Shown here piece after piece: positions 1 to 12,470 of a DNA stretch of 64,000 bases; the first letter of the stretch is position 1; each line of letters starts with the position of its first letter. Origin of the DNA: the human T2T-CHM13v2.0 reference genome, Homo sapiens; NCBI RefSeq assembly GCF_009914755.1, contig NC_060930.1. The stretch is one strand, 5' to 3'. The position numbers and the translations under genes are program-made. The notes beneath the pieces are model-generated. The model saw only the letters and a list, made by a program, of their open reading frames with translations, made no database searches and was not told the origin of the DNA.

Positions 1-1334
1 CCTATTTTATTCTCTGTATGATGGTAGGGATGTGATTATTTGACCTTTCACATCTGAATTTCTGAATTGTTACATGTAAGTAGTTCCACATAGAAAGGTT
101 TATGCGAGTAAATACATGGAATATGTGCCTGGAAAGAAATTTTTAAAGGAGTTCAAATTAATTTTAACTTACAGGACTTTTTGTTTTCATATGTACTCAA
201 TATGGTTATACACAGACCTCCTAGGATCTTCAGAGTCTTTTATCATCCTATGTCTTATGAATCAAAATCTTCCATGGTTAGTAAGTTGAAAGGTCAATAA
301 TATTATACCTAATAAAAACTTGACTGACAGCTACACATAGCTTATTACTCATCTATTTATTGACAAAGAAAACCACAAACCTATTCATCAACACCCATGA
401 TGAGAAAACAGAAAGGTATCAGATCTATGTGGACAAAACCCAAGATCAAAGTTACTATCAGGATTTCTGCTGGTTGTTGAGTTGTTTCTTCCCCCAAGAT
501 TGATTTATACAGTCTGTCATACTATCATGCTCTCCAATCATTTTTGCAAGTCATGTGCTTCAGACATTAGGTGATAATCTTCATCATTCTTCTAAAATTC
601 TGTGAAGAGAAGGAAAATGTTTTCTAGATATGATTATCTAAAATCTTTGCCTTTATACAAGGATACTAACGTCTGTGAAGGAGAGACACATTTTTTGGTA
701 TATGATTTTGATGTGGATTAAGCCATGTGGCTACACTTTGGGTCAGTCGAGTTCAGGAGACCAGCATGGCTCCATGCTCTGGGTTCCCAAATGAGTTAAG
801 CTGCCATTTGCTTTCCAAAACTAGCTATAAGCTCGCTTTCTGGCTAGACTTACATTAAAACCCATCCTCTCAAAGTATGTTCCAAGATATTATAACTAAA
901 TTCTGAATGACTGAATTTCAAAATTAAGAACCCTGGAAGAGGTCTTATATACAGTTTCTCTTCATCCCATTTTCTTCCTTCTGCTGACTATATTTTCTAT
1001 TTTGAGTAATTATTTTTTTATAAGAAGAGTTCTATGGCAAAATTATATGTTGTGAAATTACTTGTTTGTCTAGCATCTATAAATATATAAATGTAATCTA
1101 AATTAACTTCTGGATGGGCAGCAACCAAAAAAGAAACGATGCAGATTGCCAAGTTAAAAGTTTTCTTTTTCATTTGGTGTTAGTTTTACAAAAAAATGTA
1201 AACCTTTTAATAATTACAGATTAATTTGTGTAATATTACATCTGATGACATACAAGCGTGGGCTACATGTGCTTCACAAACAAGTGCACTTACAACCAAG
1301 TCCATAAATATTTTTAATAATTCTGGCATAAATA

Positions 1335-2178
1335 CTATTGCCAGACAGACAGCTCAGACTATTTTTCTTGGGTAATTTAGTAAATATATTGTTTCTCTAT
1401 GATACCATGAGCCACCAAATTTTTAAACTTATTACCACAAGGCAACAAAAATATAGCTACAGTATCGAAATATTTATTGAACATACAATGGCATGCACAA
1501 TAAAATCAGATGTCTCATTTTTGACAGAATTAACTGCCAACATGGTTTACTTTGTTTCCGTGAAATGGATAGAGAAAAGTCAACCTTACATTAAATTTAT
1601 ATTTCTAACAGCTGATAGTACTGACATAAAACTGGTGTCACTTAACTGTTTGAGAAGTTTTTCTTCTGCTAATAGAACCAACATGAACAGCAATTGCCTC
1701 ATTATTTGTAAATGCACAAGAAAACTTGAAATCAAATGAGTAAAATGAGTTTAGACTAAAATACCTATTTGATCCAAATGATAAGTCAGTTATCAGAGTT
1801 ATATTTATCTGCAACTTACAGAGTCCTCTTACCATAAGGACTAATTTTATTAAATAGATGCTGAAGCTTTCACAGATGAATTGTGTCTTCTGTATTTAAT
1901 ATGATAAATGGTTTTCACAAGTCTACATGGTGGCTTGTGAATGTGGACAATGTATTGTCATGTTCATCATCAACTTTTGGAGACAGGAAAATCCCTTATT
2001 AATTTTTAATTAAACATGAATCTTTGTGCACTTATGGTGGCCAAAAGTGGTCATTGCATATTCAAAACATTACCAAACAATAAGATAAATAATTATAGAT
2101 GTATACCACATGATAAATGGCAAATGGCATTATCTATATTCTCTATTGCCAGACAGACAGCTCAGACTATTTTTCTTG
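1335..2178 (+). repeat. Dispersed exact 36-bp direct repeat (copies 1335-1370 and 2143-2178)
   Basis: CTATTGCCAGACAGACAGCTCAGACTATTTTTCTTG occurs identically twice, 808 bp apart, in otherwise unique sequence. Confidence 0.95.
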
Positions 2179-4417
2179 AGCATATTCTTCATGTACCTGA
2201 CCTATAATACCTTTTATTTTCCTTTGACTCCACTAACAGTCTTGCATATCTGTGGAGCTCCCAGGTTGCAATGGTGGCCAAGACACAACTCATTCGTTTG
2301 CTAAGTGTTCAAAAAGGAGCAGCATTAAATATTTCTCCTACTACCACCCAATATCAGAAGAACGAACTATCCCAGAACAGCATTTTATCATCAGCAAGAA
2401 CTGTGCCTGCTGTCCTTGGAGAAAGCTGAGAAAAGAGAGTTGGGTCATTAAGATTTAACTATGCATTTGGGTGAGAATTCCATTCATTGCACATGTATCT
2501 CACATACTACTAATGATGTGTAGAGAAAGCTGGATATTTATTCCAGTTTATTGTGATGCAACTACAAACAGTAATGTTTATCAAAAAATGTAAATAAGAC
2601 AAATGATCAATCAGACTGATGTTGGGGTAACAGGAATTAGCAGAACTAATTCTGGTTTCCAAACCAGGTTGACTATACCAGAATATATAGACACTCTGTA
2701 TTAACTAATCAGCTCTCTTCCCAATCCAGGTGGTGAGTTAAAATAATAAACTCCCTATCTGGTATAAATCATAATTCATTTGGATTACTTAAACAATTTT
2801 TTTGAAAAATAAATGCTCAATATCTCTTAATCTTGCCTTTTCCTTTTTTTTTTCTCAAAAATAGGGTTGTAGAGCATTGTAGCAGGTAGTTTCAAATTAC
2901 CCTGAGATGCGAGAGCCCCCATATGCCTTCTGTCTCCTCTGTTATGAAATAGTTTTGACTTTCCTTGATAAATTTGGTGTTGGACTTAATTCGTAAAGTG
3001 GTTTTGTTTGTTTGCTTTTTCTTGGTTATTTGTTTTGGCTTTGACTATGGCCAGGAGCCTTTATTGGCTGATCTGACATTCCCTCAGCTCTTGAGGTTGG
3101 TATATTTTCCCTAGTAGCTGTCCTGTTCTCTATCTTTTCATTAATTCATGTGTTTCTCTTCAACTTCTGTCAGAGTAGCTTCTCTTTTTTTAACAACAGA
3201 CCCCACAACAGACCCACCGGCATCACCTGACACTACAGGGGAGGACAAAAATGAAAATAAAATAAAATAAAATAAAATACTCTCAGGATAATTAGAAGTT
3301 TTCTTTGCTTTTGTTTTGCTAAAAAGGCCAACTAACCAACTTTTCCTGTCTTAGATATTTCTGGCTTCAGAATTGGAATTGCAAGGCAAGAAAGATATAA
3401 GGAAAATAAAAATGGATGAATTTAATATTCCAAAATATTGTCTCATTTCATTCAGTATAAAATAAAGTTTATGCCCTAATATATATGTTCAATGTTATAG
3501 AGTAAGGGTCTTTATACATTCCCAAGAGATCCTCTACATTAACTTTGTAGAGTGAAACAGAATCCTTTGATCTGCTTCAAGGAAGGCCTACAAACACTTG
3601 CTTTATATGATGTCTATTTAGTTTAATAAATATATAGTACACAAAGTAATAATATAATCTTTTAACATAGCTTTATTGTTAAATTTTAAGAAAAATACAC
3701 TGTACTCTCAATTCATATAAACCAACTGAGTTAGAATTCTTGAAAAATAGTTTTCTGATATAGGATAAACCAATTGTCTATATGTCTGGACTCAATTACT
3801 TAATATAAATTCAGTATACATTCAAAACAAATTAATTTTCTTTTAACAATGCACTTTTATACAAAACCATTTTATTTAAAGAGTCTGGTGTTACCATACA
3901 TGAACCAAGCAGTTTGACTATATCATTTGTAGAATTACAAACAATTCTTTCTAACAATGGAACTCTTTGTGTGGGTATTTTGTGCCACATTTCATCTATC
4001 AGCTAATAAAACTATCCAAGAAGAATTATGGTACAAGATACACATAAGCAAGAAAGATAAAAGGAAAGGTTAACACTTTTTCAGCATCTGTCAACACTGT
4101 CTCCTATTACATTTGATCACGTTTAAAGTAAATGCAAACATATGATATCATTTACAGTAAAAGTGAATGCCACACAGCAGCTACTTTGCTTTTATCCATT
4201 CCGCAGATCACTCATCACAGACCATCATGGGGAAGGACGATGCCGCTTTATGGTTCATCTTTGTCAGTAAAGCACACTACTTCAGCTCTTCAAAGCTGAA
4301 CATTCACCCTATAACTAACAAAGAAATCTACCCTTGTGCATTTCCCGTTTGAAACCTGGAGAAAGGAGCAGAGTAGAGAAACCATGCTGCTTTGTTTTTC
4401 TTAAAAAAGTAAAACCA

Positions 4418-4720
4418 CATGGATGAAATTGGAAATCATCATTCTCAGTAAACTATCGCAAGAACAAAAAACCAAACACCGCATATTCTCACTCATAGGT
4501 GGGAATTGAACAACGAGAACACATGGACACAGGAAGGGGAACATCACACTCTGGGGACTGTTGTGGGGTGGGGGGAGGGGGGAGGGATAGCTTTAGGAGA
4601 TATACCTAATGCTAAATGACTAGTTAATGGGTGCAGCACACCAGCATGGCACATGTATACATATGTAACTAACCTGCACATTGTGCACATGTACCCTAAA
4701 CCTTAAAGTATAATAATAAT
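4418..4720 (+). mobile_element. 5'-truncated young LINE-1 3' end (L1PA3-like)
   Basis: L1 ORF2 end and 3'UTR (CATGGATGAAATTGGAAATCATCATTCTCAG...G-rich tract...CCCTAAACCTTAAAGTATAATAATAAT). 15-bp TSD AAAAAAGTAAAACCA at 4403-4417 and 4721-4735, preceded by TT (TT|AAAA endonuclease site). Confidence 0.95.
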
Positions 4721-4846
4721 AAAAAAGTAAAACCAAAAGTGAAGACAAAAGATTAGCAAACAAAATGTGAACAACTAAGTATGCTATTGCTTTGTCAAAG
4801 GTTTTAATGAATTTTTGAAGTGACTCAAGGACATCTTTGTCTAGAG

Positions 4847-5038
4847 CAATGGTTAAAAAATTGTATTCCCCAGACTTCCTAAAGTAGCACCACCTAGGAA
4901 ATTACTAAAAACGCAAATTCTCAGGCCCTATGCCAGAACTACTGAATCAGAAACTCTGTGGGTGGCATCTAGCAATCTTTGTTTTAACGCACTCTCCAGA
5001 TGATTCTGACACACATTAAGAATGTTTGAGAACCACCA
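4847..5038. mobile_element. MER5A-like hAT-Charlie DNA transposon relic
   Basis: GCAAATTCTCAGGCCC...ACTGAATCAGAAACTCTG...GATTCTGA...TTTGAGAACCAC motifs; left flank GTCTAGAG fits the Charlie target preference. Confidence 0.8.
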
Positions 5039-6256
5039 ATTTAGGGAAATTCAGTATGGTGCATACCGCATGAGTTTACTCCAGTTTAATATTAACATTT
5101 TAATTATCAAAATAATTTTATAGATGTGTACAGATTTCAGTTTATATAGGTATGCAAAAAATTATTACATACTTTAATGTTTGTATTTTATTAAATTAAT
5201 TCATTAATCTCAAAAAATATATCTGTTTTTTATGTATTTTATAAGCGAGCATATCCATTTGATGCATCTTAAACAAAATCTTAGAAAATCTGTACTCTTT
5301 CCACTCAGTGCATTCATATACCACAAAGCATATTTGACATAGTAGCCAATAATATAAATGATACTGAATACAGTTATAATAATAAATTTTGAGTTTAAAT
5401 TTCAGTCTGTACTTTTAAGAATTTTTTCTACTTTCACTTATCCTTCCCAGTTATGATATAAACTACATATGATGTATGGAAACAGATGACATTTTAAACT
5501 ATAAAGTCCTTTAAAATGGGCTTTAGAAATAACAATACTAAGCTTTGGAATTCTTGGAAACTATCCCTAACTTCATCTTTCTATGAACATCTTCTTAAAT
5601 GCCTCTTTAGATGGAAAGAGGCTTACATCCTGGAATATGTATTTCAAGCCTTATTTCCTAAAGGATTGGTGAAGTAAAAAACAAATGATTCTTTGGGAAA
5701 AATGGGGAAACCATAAAACCATAAATTAAAATACATGGGCTAATTAATTAAGACTCTCTGCAACTTATCCAGCCAGTCAAACTTGACTGTGCTATTGAGT
5801 GTTTTGTTGGTTCTGACCATCTTTTCTGGGCCCTGAGATTGGGACACAACTGCTGTTTGTATCAGCTGAAATCTGGGGGCAGAAACACCTTCCCCTTACT
5901 TCTCAGCAAAGAATACATGATTTGTCAAATCTTTACCAATGGCCTACAAGACATTGACCACTCTAATTTTTACTACTATAAGGCCAGTGATATTAAAGAT
6001 TGGACTGGAAAAATCTTCAGCAAGCAGAGATAAAGAAATACATACATAAATAACCAGAAGAAACTCAATAATCAGAAAAAGGAAAATCAAGCTCGAACCC
6101 AGAATATGTGACCTCATTAAAACGTAAGTGTTTTGGGAAACATTGGAAAACAAAATTTTCAAGTAGACTTCTAAAATATTTACTTTAAAAATAGCATTCA
6201 GTATATTTTTATCAAATAATTTAATGAGAAGATGATCACTATTAAGAACAGAAACA

Positions 6257-6652
<396 letters not shown>

Positions 6653-6707
6653 CTACTGAAGCATAAATTGAAGAGATTTCATTATAAAATGTTTTAAAAA
6701 TATGTAT

Positions 6708-6834
6708 ATTTTTAAATTAGAGACAGAGTCTTGCTACATTGCTCAGGCTGGTGTTAGACTCCTGTGCTCAAGCAACCCTTCTGCTTTGGCCTCCCAAAGC
6801 ATGGGGATTACAGGCATCAGCCATACTACCAGGC
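6708..6834 (-). mobile_element. Alu left monomer (FLAM-like)
   Basis: AGAGACAGAGTCTTGCTACATTGCTCAGGCTGG...GGCCTCCCAAAGC...GGATTACAGGC, monomer length only. Confidence 0.85.
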
Positions 6835-7519
6835 AAATCTAGAAGAAGTAGAGGAACAAATTGAGGCAAACTTCTAGAGAAGATTAGTAAAAATATAAGG
6901 CCCTCTGAACGTCCCTTTAGAAATCCTGAAAGAGAAAGGAAATCTTATTTACTTCCTAACATAAAGGGGTCAAGGAAAAGAGAACCAGACTATCATGGGG
7001 CTTTAAATCTACAATACTAAAAGCCAAAAAACAATGCAATTAGTTTTCAGATTGCTTAGCAAAAAGATTGGGACACAAGAATAATACATCATTAAAGCAC
7101 AGGAAATTTATGTTCACATATGTGCAAAGATTCAAAGGTGCCTCAGTAAAGTGTCAATATAAAATGCTCTAACTTCAACATGAGGGAGGAGAAAAGGGAA
7201 TATAAACAGTGGTTAGTGATGCATCTTACAATGTACTATAGTTGAATTCAAATTGGTGATGCTAATGTGATTGACAGTTTAAAAATATGTTAAATAAGAG
7301 GATTTTGAAACTGAAATGAAATTTGTGTCTAGTTTTATTGTGTTAAACTGCAAGCCACAGAAATTCTGAATAACAGAAGAATAAACATTTATTTTGTACT
7401 TTCCAAGAACTCTGGTAGTAAGGGTCCCATGCTTCTCTTGCTGTGGTGGCTGTTACTGCTGTTGCTGGTTTTGGTTTTACTGGCCCTTCCTATCCTTCCA
7501 TTTTAACATTTTAATGATG

Positions 7520-7878
7520 CTATCATTTCATGGTCACGGATTGCTACTGCAGAACCAACCATCACATTCTTACAGAAAAAAAGGAAGCAGAAAAGTAATG
7601 GTCATTTTTTCTGATGCTTATCTTTTTTCAGAGAAAAATATCTGTCTCATAAGCACAATAACAGCCTTCCTGTAATTACTGATTGGCCCAAACTGGAAGG
7701 TATGTCCGTACATAAAACAATCCTTGGGAAAGGGGAATCTGATTATGATTGTCTTAGGCTGACAATAATTTATCGACTAGAGGTGGGCACTTTGCCCTTC
7801 AAGAAATCATGGAGTCCAGTAAGCAAGAAAGAACTTCCAAATGGTTTTGAGTAAGTCACCAAAAGGGTGTGTTACACA
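7520..7878 (-). mobile_element. Old MLT1-family (ERVL-MaLR) LTR fragment
   Basis: TCATGGTCAC...CCATCACAT, TGATTGGCCCAAACTGG, AAAGGGGAAT..GATTA motifs resemble MLT1J/K/L; highly diverged. Confidence 0.5.
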
Positions 7879-8251
7879 CATTGTTATATGTAATATGGAA
7901 TTAAAATTTTTTAAGAAGCACAAAAAATTCAAAGGTTTGGAAAGGATGTGGGAATATAAAATCAAAACAGATAGCATTTTAAATGTCTCATAATCTCTAT
8001 TTGTATGTGGGCGGGCTAGCGGGAAGGAAAATAAGGCTTCTGAAGATTTTTGTCAATGTGAGGGAAAGAAGAGGGAAAATAGAAAAAGTTTTGTGATGTT
8101 GGGAATGATTATCTCATTCTAAAGGTATAGTTAATATGCCTTGGTGTAAACTAGAAAAGCAGTAAGAAATGTGCTTTAAATTTGACAAATTGAAATTTAA
8201 TTAACAAATAGATTTGTATTCTGTTCAGAGAAGCAAACAGCAAGAGAAATG

Positions 8252-8399
8252 AAAATCCTGGGTAGCTTTTTAAAAACATTGACTTTGTGCCACCAGACAG
8301 CTCAGTTGAATCAGAAAGTTCAGAGTGGGATATGGATACATGTATGTTTTTAAAATTCCTTGGGTGATTCTAATTTGCAACCAGGATTGATAATCACTA
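8252..8399. mobile_element. MER5-like hAT relic
   Basis: TGAATCAGAA...TTTTAAAATTCCTTGGGTGATTCTAATTTGCAACCAGGATTGATAATCACT. Confidence 0.7.
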
Positions 8400-8454
8400 T
8401 TTCAGAGGAATAAGAATGTAGTACAATATCCACTATAAATTATATAAATTTTAC

Positions 8455-8830
8455 AAATTCTTTCGGCAACCAAATTTTGAGTGCCAACCATAACCTAGAC
8501 AGTGTTCTAGGCACAAGTGATATTGCACCAAATGAAATAAAGTCCTAGAACTTGGACCTTCAAATGAGAGAGACAGGTAATATCTATGTAATGCCAAATA
8601 AAAAGATGATAATGAACCCTGATAAAGTGTGGGAGGTGAAAGCAGGTGGGTCCAGGGATGTCCTCTCTGAGGAGGAGAGAATTGAGCAAGGCAGGAATAA
8701 ATCTAGGAAGTGAACCAAGAGCACACATGAGGAGGGAGAAAGAGGGCAGAGAGGAAGCAGAAGAACAAGGCTTTGCATCAAGAGTATGTTTGAACCTGCA
8801 GCAGTACACTCAAAGCCCTGAGAGAATGGG
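8455..8830 (-). mobile_element. LINE-2 3' fragment
   Basis: TTGAGTGCCAAC...CAGTGTTCTAGGCAC, then purine-rich CCTCTCTGAGGAGG...GGCAGAGGAA typical of antisense L2. Confidence 0.65.
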
Positions 8831-11524
8831 GTGGTGAAAAGAAAAACCTAAGCTTATTCACACTTTCTTTCAAAAATAATGACAATCAAATATCTTTTCA
8901 AAGAAAGATTTAGAGATTTTATCTTTGCTAGATGCTGACTGTCAGTACTTCTAAAGTGTATATGTCAACAAGAAGGAAAGAAGACCTGGAAGGAAGGAAA
9001 TCATTCTGGTAAATTCCAAATAACTATTTTAGATTAAAGCAAAATTAATAAATGATTGACTTAGAGAATGAATTAAAAACAAGATGAAACAAAAATAATA
9101 TAATAAAATCATATGGAAGATGGAGAGAGTCAGGTCAGAGTCCACATATTCTAATGTTCATGAATGGTTAAGAAGGGGATGACAAATTCGATGAACTCCA
9201 AATTTTAAGTCAAGTGTACAAATGAAAATATTACATACTCATGAAAAGAACATTAATTAATAACTTACAAGAGTTGAAAAATGCAATGGAGATAATATGA
9301 TTAATCAACTAGACAGTTGGATGAAAAAAATGTCTGCAAAGAATGGGCATGGAAACTATAAAACAAAGATGGGAAAACATACCTGGGTTGTAGATTTGTG
9401 ATTTTGTTGGGTTGTAGATACTGTGTATCTTTCGTCTATAATAGATAATTTGTAGAAAATATAAAGAATATATGAAGAGAAACAATGACATTACCAATAT
9501 GAAACTACTATGGCATTACATTGAAAAATAAATTAAAAACTCAAGTAAATAAAAAAGAAGTGCAAATAGGCCTGATATGTATGAAAGTTTAATATGCACT
9601 AAAGTAATATTTCAAGACAATGGAAAAAGGATGGCTTACTTAATGATGTTGGCATAGATGGATATCTGCAATGTGAGGTGAAAGGAGATGGATGAGAAAA
9701 CATGGTAAAATATAAAAGTCTATCCAGACTATTACTACACATGTGTAAAAAATGAGCTTACTCATGATAATCAAGAACTAGAAGATATCATGGAAAATGA
9801 GGATAGGAATATGGAAATATCTGCCTTGTTTTAATTGAATATTTGCATTAATATTTTATCATAAATAAAATTTAAAGCTCAAATGCAGATACTTCTAAAG
9901 AAATAAATATTAAATTACGTGTGAACTAAAATAAGAACAAAACTAGGATCACCTACACTGTACTAAACGTTTTCCATTGAGAAACTCAAGCCCAGTGATA
10001 TTCATTTATTATGAACCACATATAAATTGTAATTCATCTGTTAAAATTGAGACAATAAAATATTTGTTTCAGAGGACTGTATGGTTTATTGTACATACAA
10101 AACATTTCTTAAGAAAATAATACAATGATCTTCCATTTTTGCAGTTGGCCTCTTGGCCAAATACTGCAGCGTTTTGCCTTGCCCACTTTGTAGAATCTGA
10201 GTATCTAACAATGAAGAACAGTAGAATGAAAACGTTTCAGTAAGTATCCTTCAAACCAAGTAAAAGTAATTTTGTGGGCTACGCATTTGCAATTGCCTTC
10301 CTTTACAACCTCTAGAGAGCTCTTTAGTATCACTTGAATTAGGACTTTGGGCAAAGAGCCTGCTCCAAATGAAACTACTATTATAGTTACTCTTGACCAC
10401 GGTACATTGCTTTTCTGTCCCCAGTGCCAGGCACTCCAGCAGTGTGAGCAGTCAGGGAGCACCACTAAAAATATAGATGATAAAATATGTGAGAGTTCCC
10501 TGAAGCAGATACAAAAATGCATGTGCATTTGTTCCTTTGTAGAATATAATATTGAAAAGAAGAGATGCTCATTGGAACACATGATATCTTTTGCATTTAA
10601 GCGATTTATCTATAAACATCATATCATTCTTGAACAAGGCAATTTCCCTGTTGCATTGTTGTTAAATTTACCATTTATGATAATTTAGGGACACATTTCA
10701 GAGTGTGATTGTTTATTTCAATCAACTCCATAAGCGTAACTTGATTACAGAGGTGGAGAACTGTGAAAAACACCATTAATTTAAGAAAAGGCCTTTGAGC
10801 TTATAGTTAGTGTAGTTAACATAGTTCCATTGTTTATTTATGGCTATACCACTAAGGATATGTGTTGGGGGTGAGGTTAAAAAGAGGGAAAGGTTTTTTT
10901 TTTTCTCTTAATTTACATATCAGTTTTTGATGGGTTTTCTCTCCAAAAAGAAGTCTGTTTAGGTTTATGCCAGAGTCTGGGGCCATTTACAGATTAATGG
11001 CAATTTTTTTTCTTCATATACACAGCCTTCCCTTATACACCACAGGCTACTTCAACGGCTGCAACCCACTTGCCAGAAGACAAGTTAACTCCTCTTTAGT
11101 CATGTTCAAACTATTACAAGTTCCTTTTGTAGAATAATACCTCTCTTTGGGGCCATACCACATGACTTACCCTTTCCAACCCCTATTTTTGGCCACATTT
11201 TAATCCAATATTTGTTTCAGGGTAAAATGAAAATTCACGTGTAAGACTCATTAAGCACTGTACACTTAATTCCCAGCACCTCTTTGCTGTAGCAATCCAA
11301 TGCATGGGGACACTCTGGACCTTGCCACAACCTAGGGCTTCTAGGGCTTAAAAATGTAAACTCTGATGTCCACTTTTGTCATAACTTTACAAGCTTACCT
11401 TTTCCCCCCTCCCCAAACCCATAACTCAAACCTGCAAACCACATTAAGACATTTATTTGCTCTCTGTGTATCAATATCCTTTTGGTTTCATGTCAGTGTG
11501 AGAAATCTCAATTATTTAACCTAT

Positions 11525-11672
11525 ATAGTAAAGTAGGTAATCGTGCAGACTTTGGAGCAAGACTACCTGGGTTAGAAATCTGACTCCAACATTTATTAAC
11601 TATGTGACCTGGAGAAGACACGTAACCTCTCTGACCCTTCATTTTCTTGTCTGTAAAATACAGTTTGTAAGG
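11525..11672 (+). mobile_element. MIR SINE
   Basis: GACTTTGGAGCAAGACTACCTGGGTT...CTATGTGACCTGG...AACCTCTCTG...CTGTAAAAT MIR core. Confidence 0.8.
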
Positions 11673-12410
11673 GCTCATTTTTATAAAGAAAATACATGTT
11701 CTATATTTGTTTATTTTTTTCTATAAAGGAAAAAATAGCAGATTACATATGAGATTTAAAGTGGACCAGGAAGATAAATGATTATATTATGAAAATATCA
11801 ATTTTTCATAGGGATAAAATTCACCTTATAAATGTAAATTTCTTGTGTTTTAATCCTTTCTTCCATGTATTATTGAGATTCTATCCCAAGCATCTCAAAC
11901 TTTTCTGTAAGAGTTAGTACAGACTTCATTGTTTTTAAAGGAACTAAACTAGTCACAACATCTTTTTTTCTTTATAGTCTGGTGTACGTATTTAAAAGTT
12001 TATCCCTACTCTTGCCTGTCATTGTGAGTTACCCTAGCCCACACCAAAGGAAAAGGAATGCAACCAGACTGAGATCATGACACCAAACATTGCCTTTCTT
12101 GACAGAGCACTGCCATCCCTCATGCATAGTCAAACAGGCAAACTGGCACAAGTTCAAGACCTCCAGAAAAACTTATCGTTTCTTCACTTTCTGTCACCTT
12201 AATTTAGCTGCTGGCAAAGAAAAGCTTAACCATTGCTTCAAGAAGGAGGGTAGGTAGGAGAACAAAGATGACTTGCAAAATATAACATCTGAAAAATTGC
12301 AGTTCCTTTGTGTAGATTTGCTTTTCTCTTCAGTGGGGAATTTCTCACAAGTTCTGCCTTTACCTGAAGTATCACAAGGCTACATGAAGCAACATTCTCC
12401 CCACTGCACC

Positions 12411-12470
12411 CACTCCTCATTTTGAAATGAGGCTGACAAAACAGCCTCATTTCAAAGAAGAGTAGGAGTG
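12411..12470. repeat. Inverted repeat/hairpin with perfect 15-bp arms
   Basis: TTTGAAATGAGGCTG (12421-12435), loop ACAAAA, CAGCCTCATTTCAAA (12442-12456); outer CACTCCT/AGGAGTG also pair. Confidence 0.9.

Noticed and set aside
1338-1739. 133-aa ORF, and the ORF at 2110-2304 sharing PDRQLRLFFL
   Set aside because: Non-ATG start and no recognisable domain; the shared peptide simply reflects the 36-bp DNA duplication.
10205-10688. Overlapping 125-aa and 113-aa Cys-rich ORFs on opposite strands
   Set aside because: No coherent zinc-finger spacing, no convincing splice boundaries; lengths compatible with chance.
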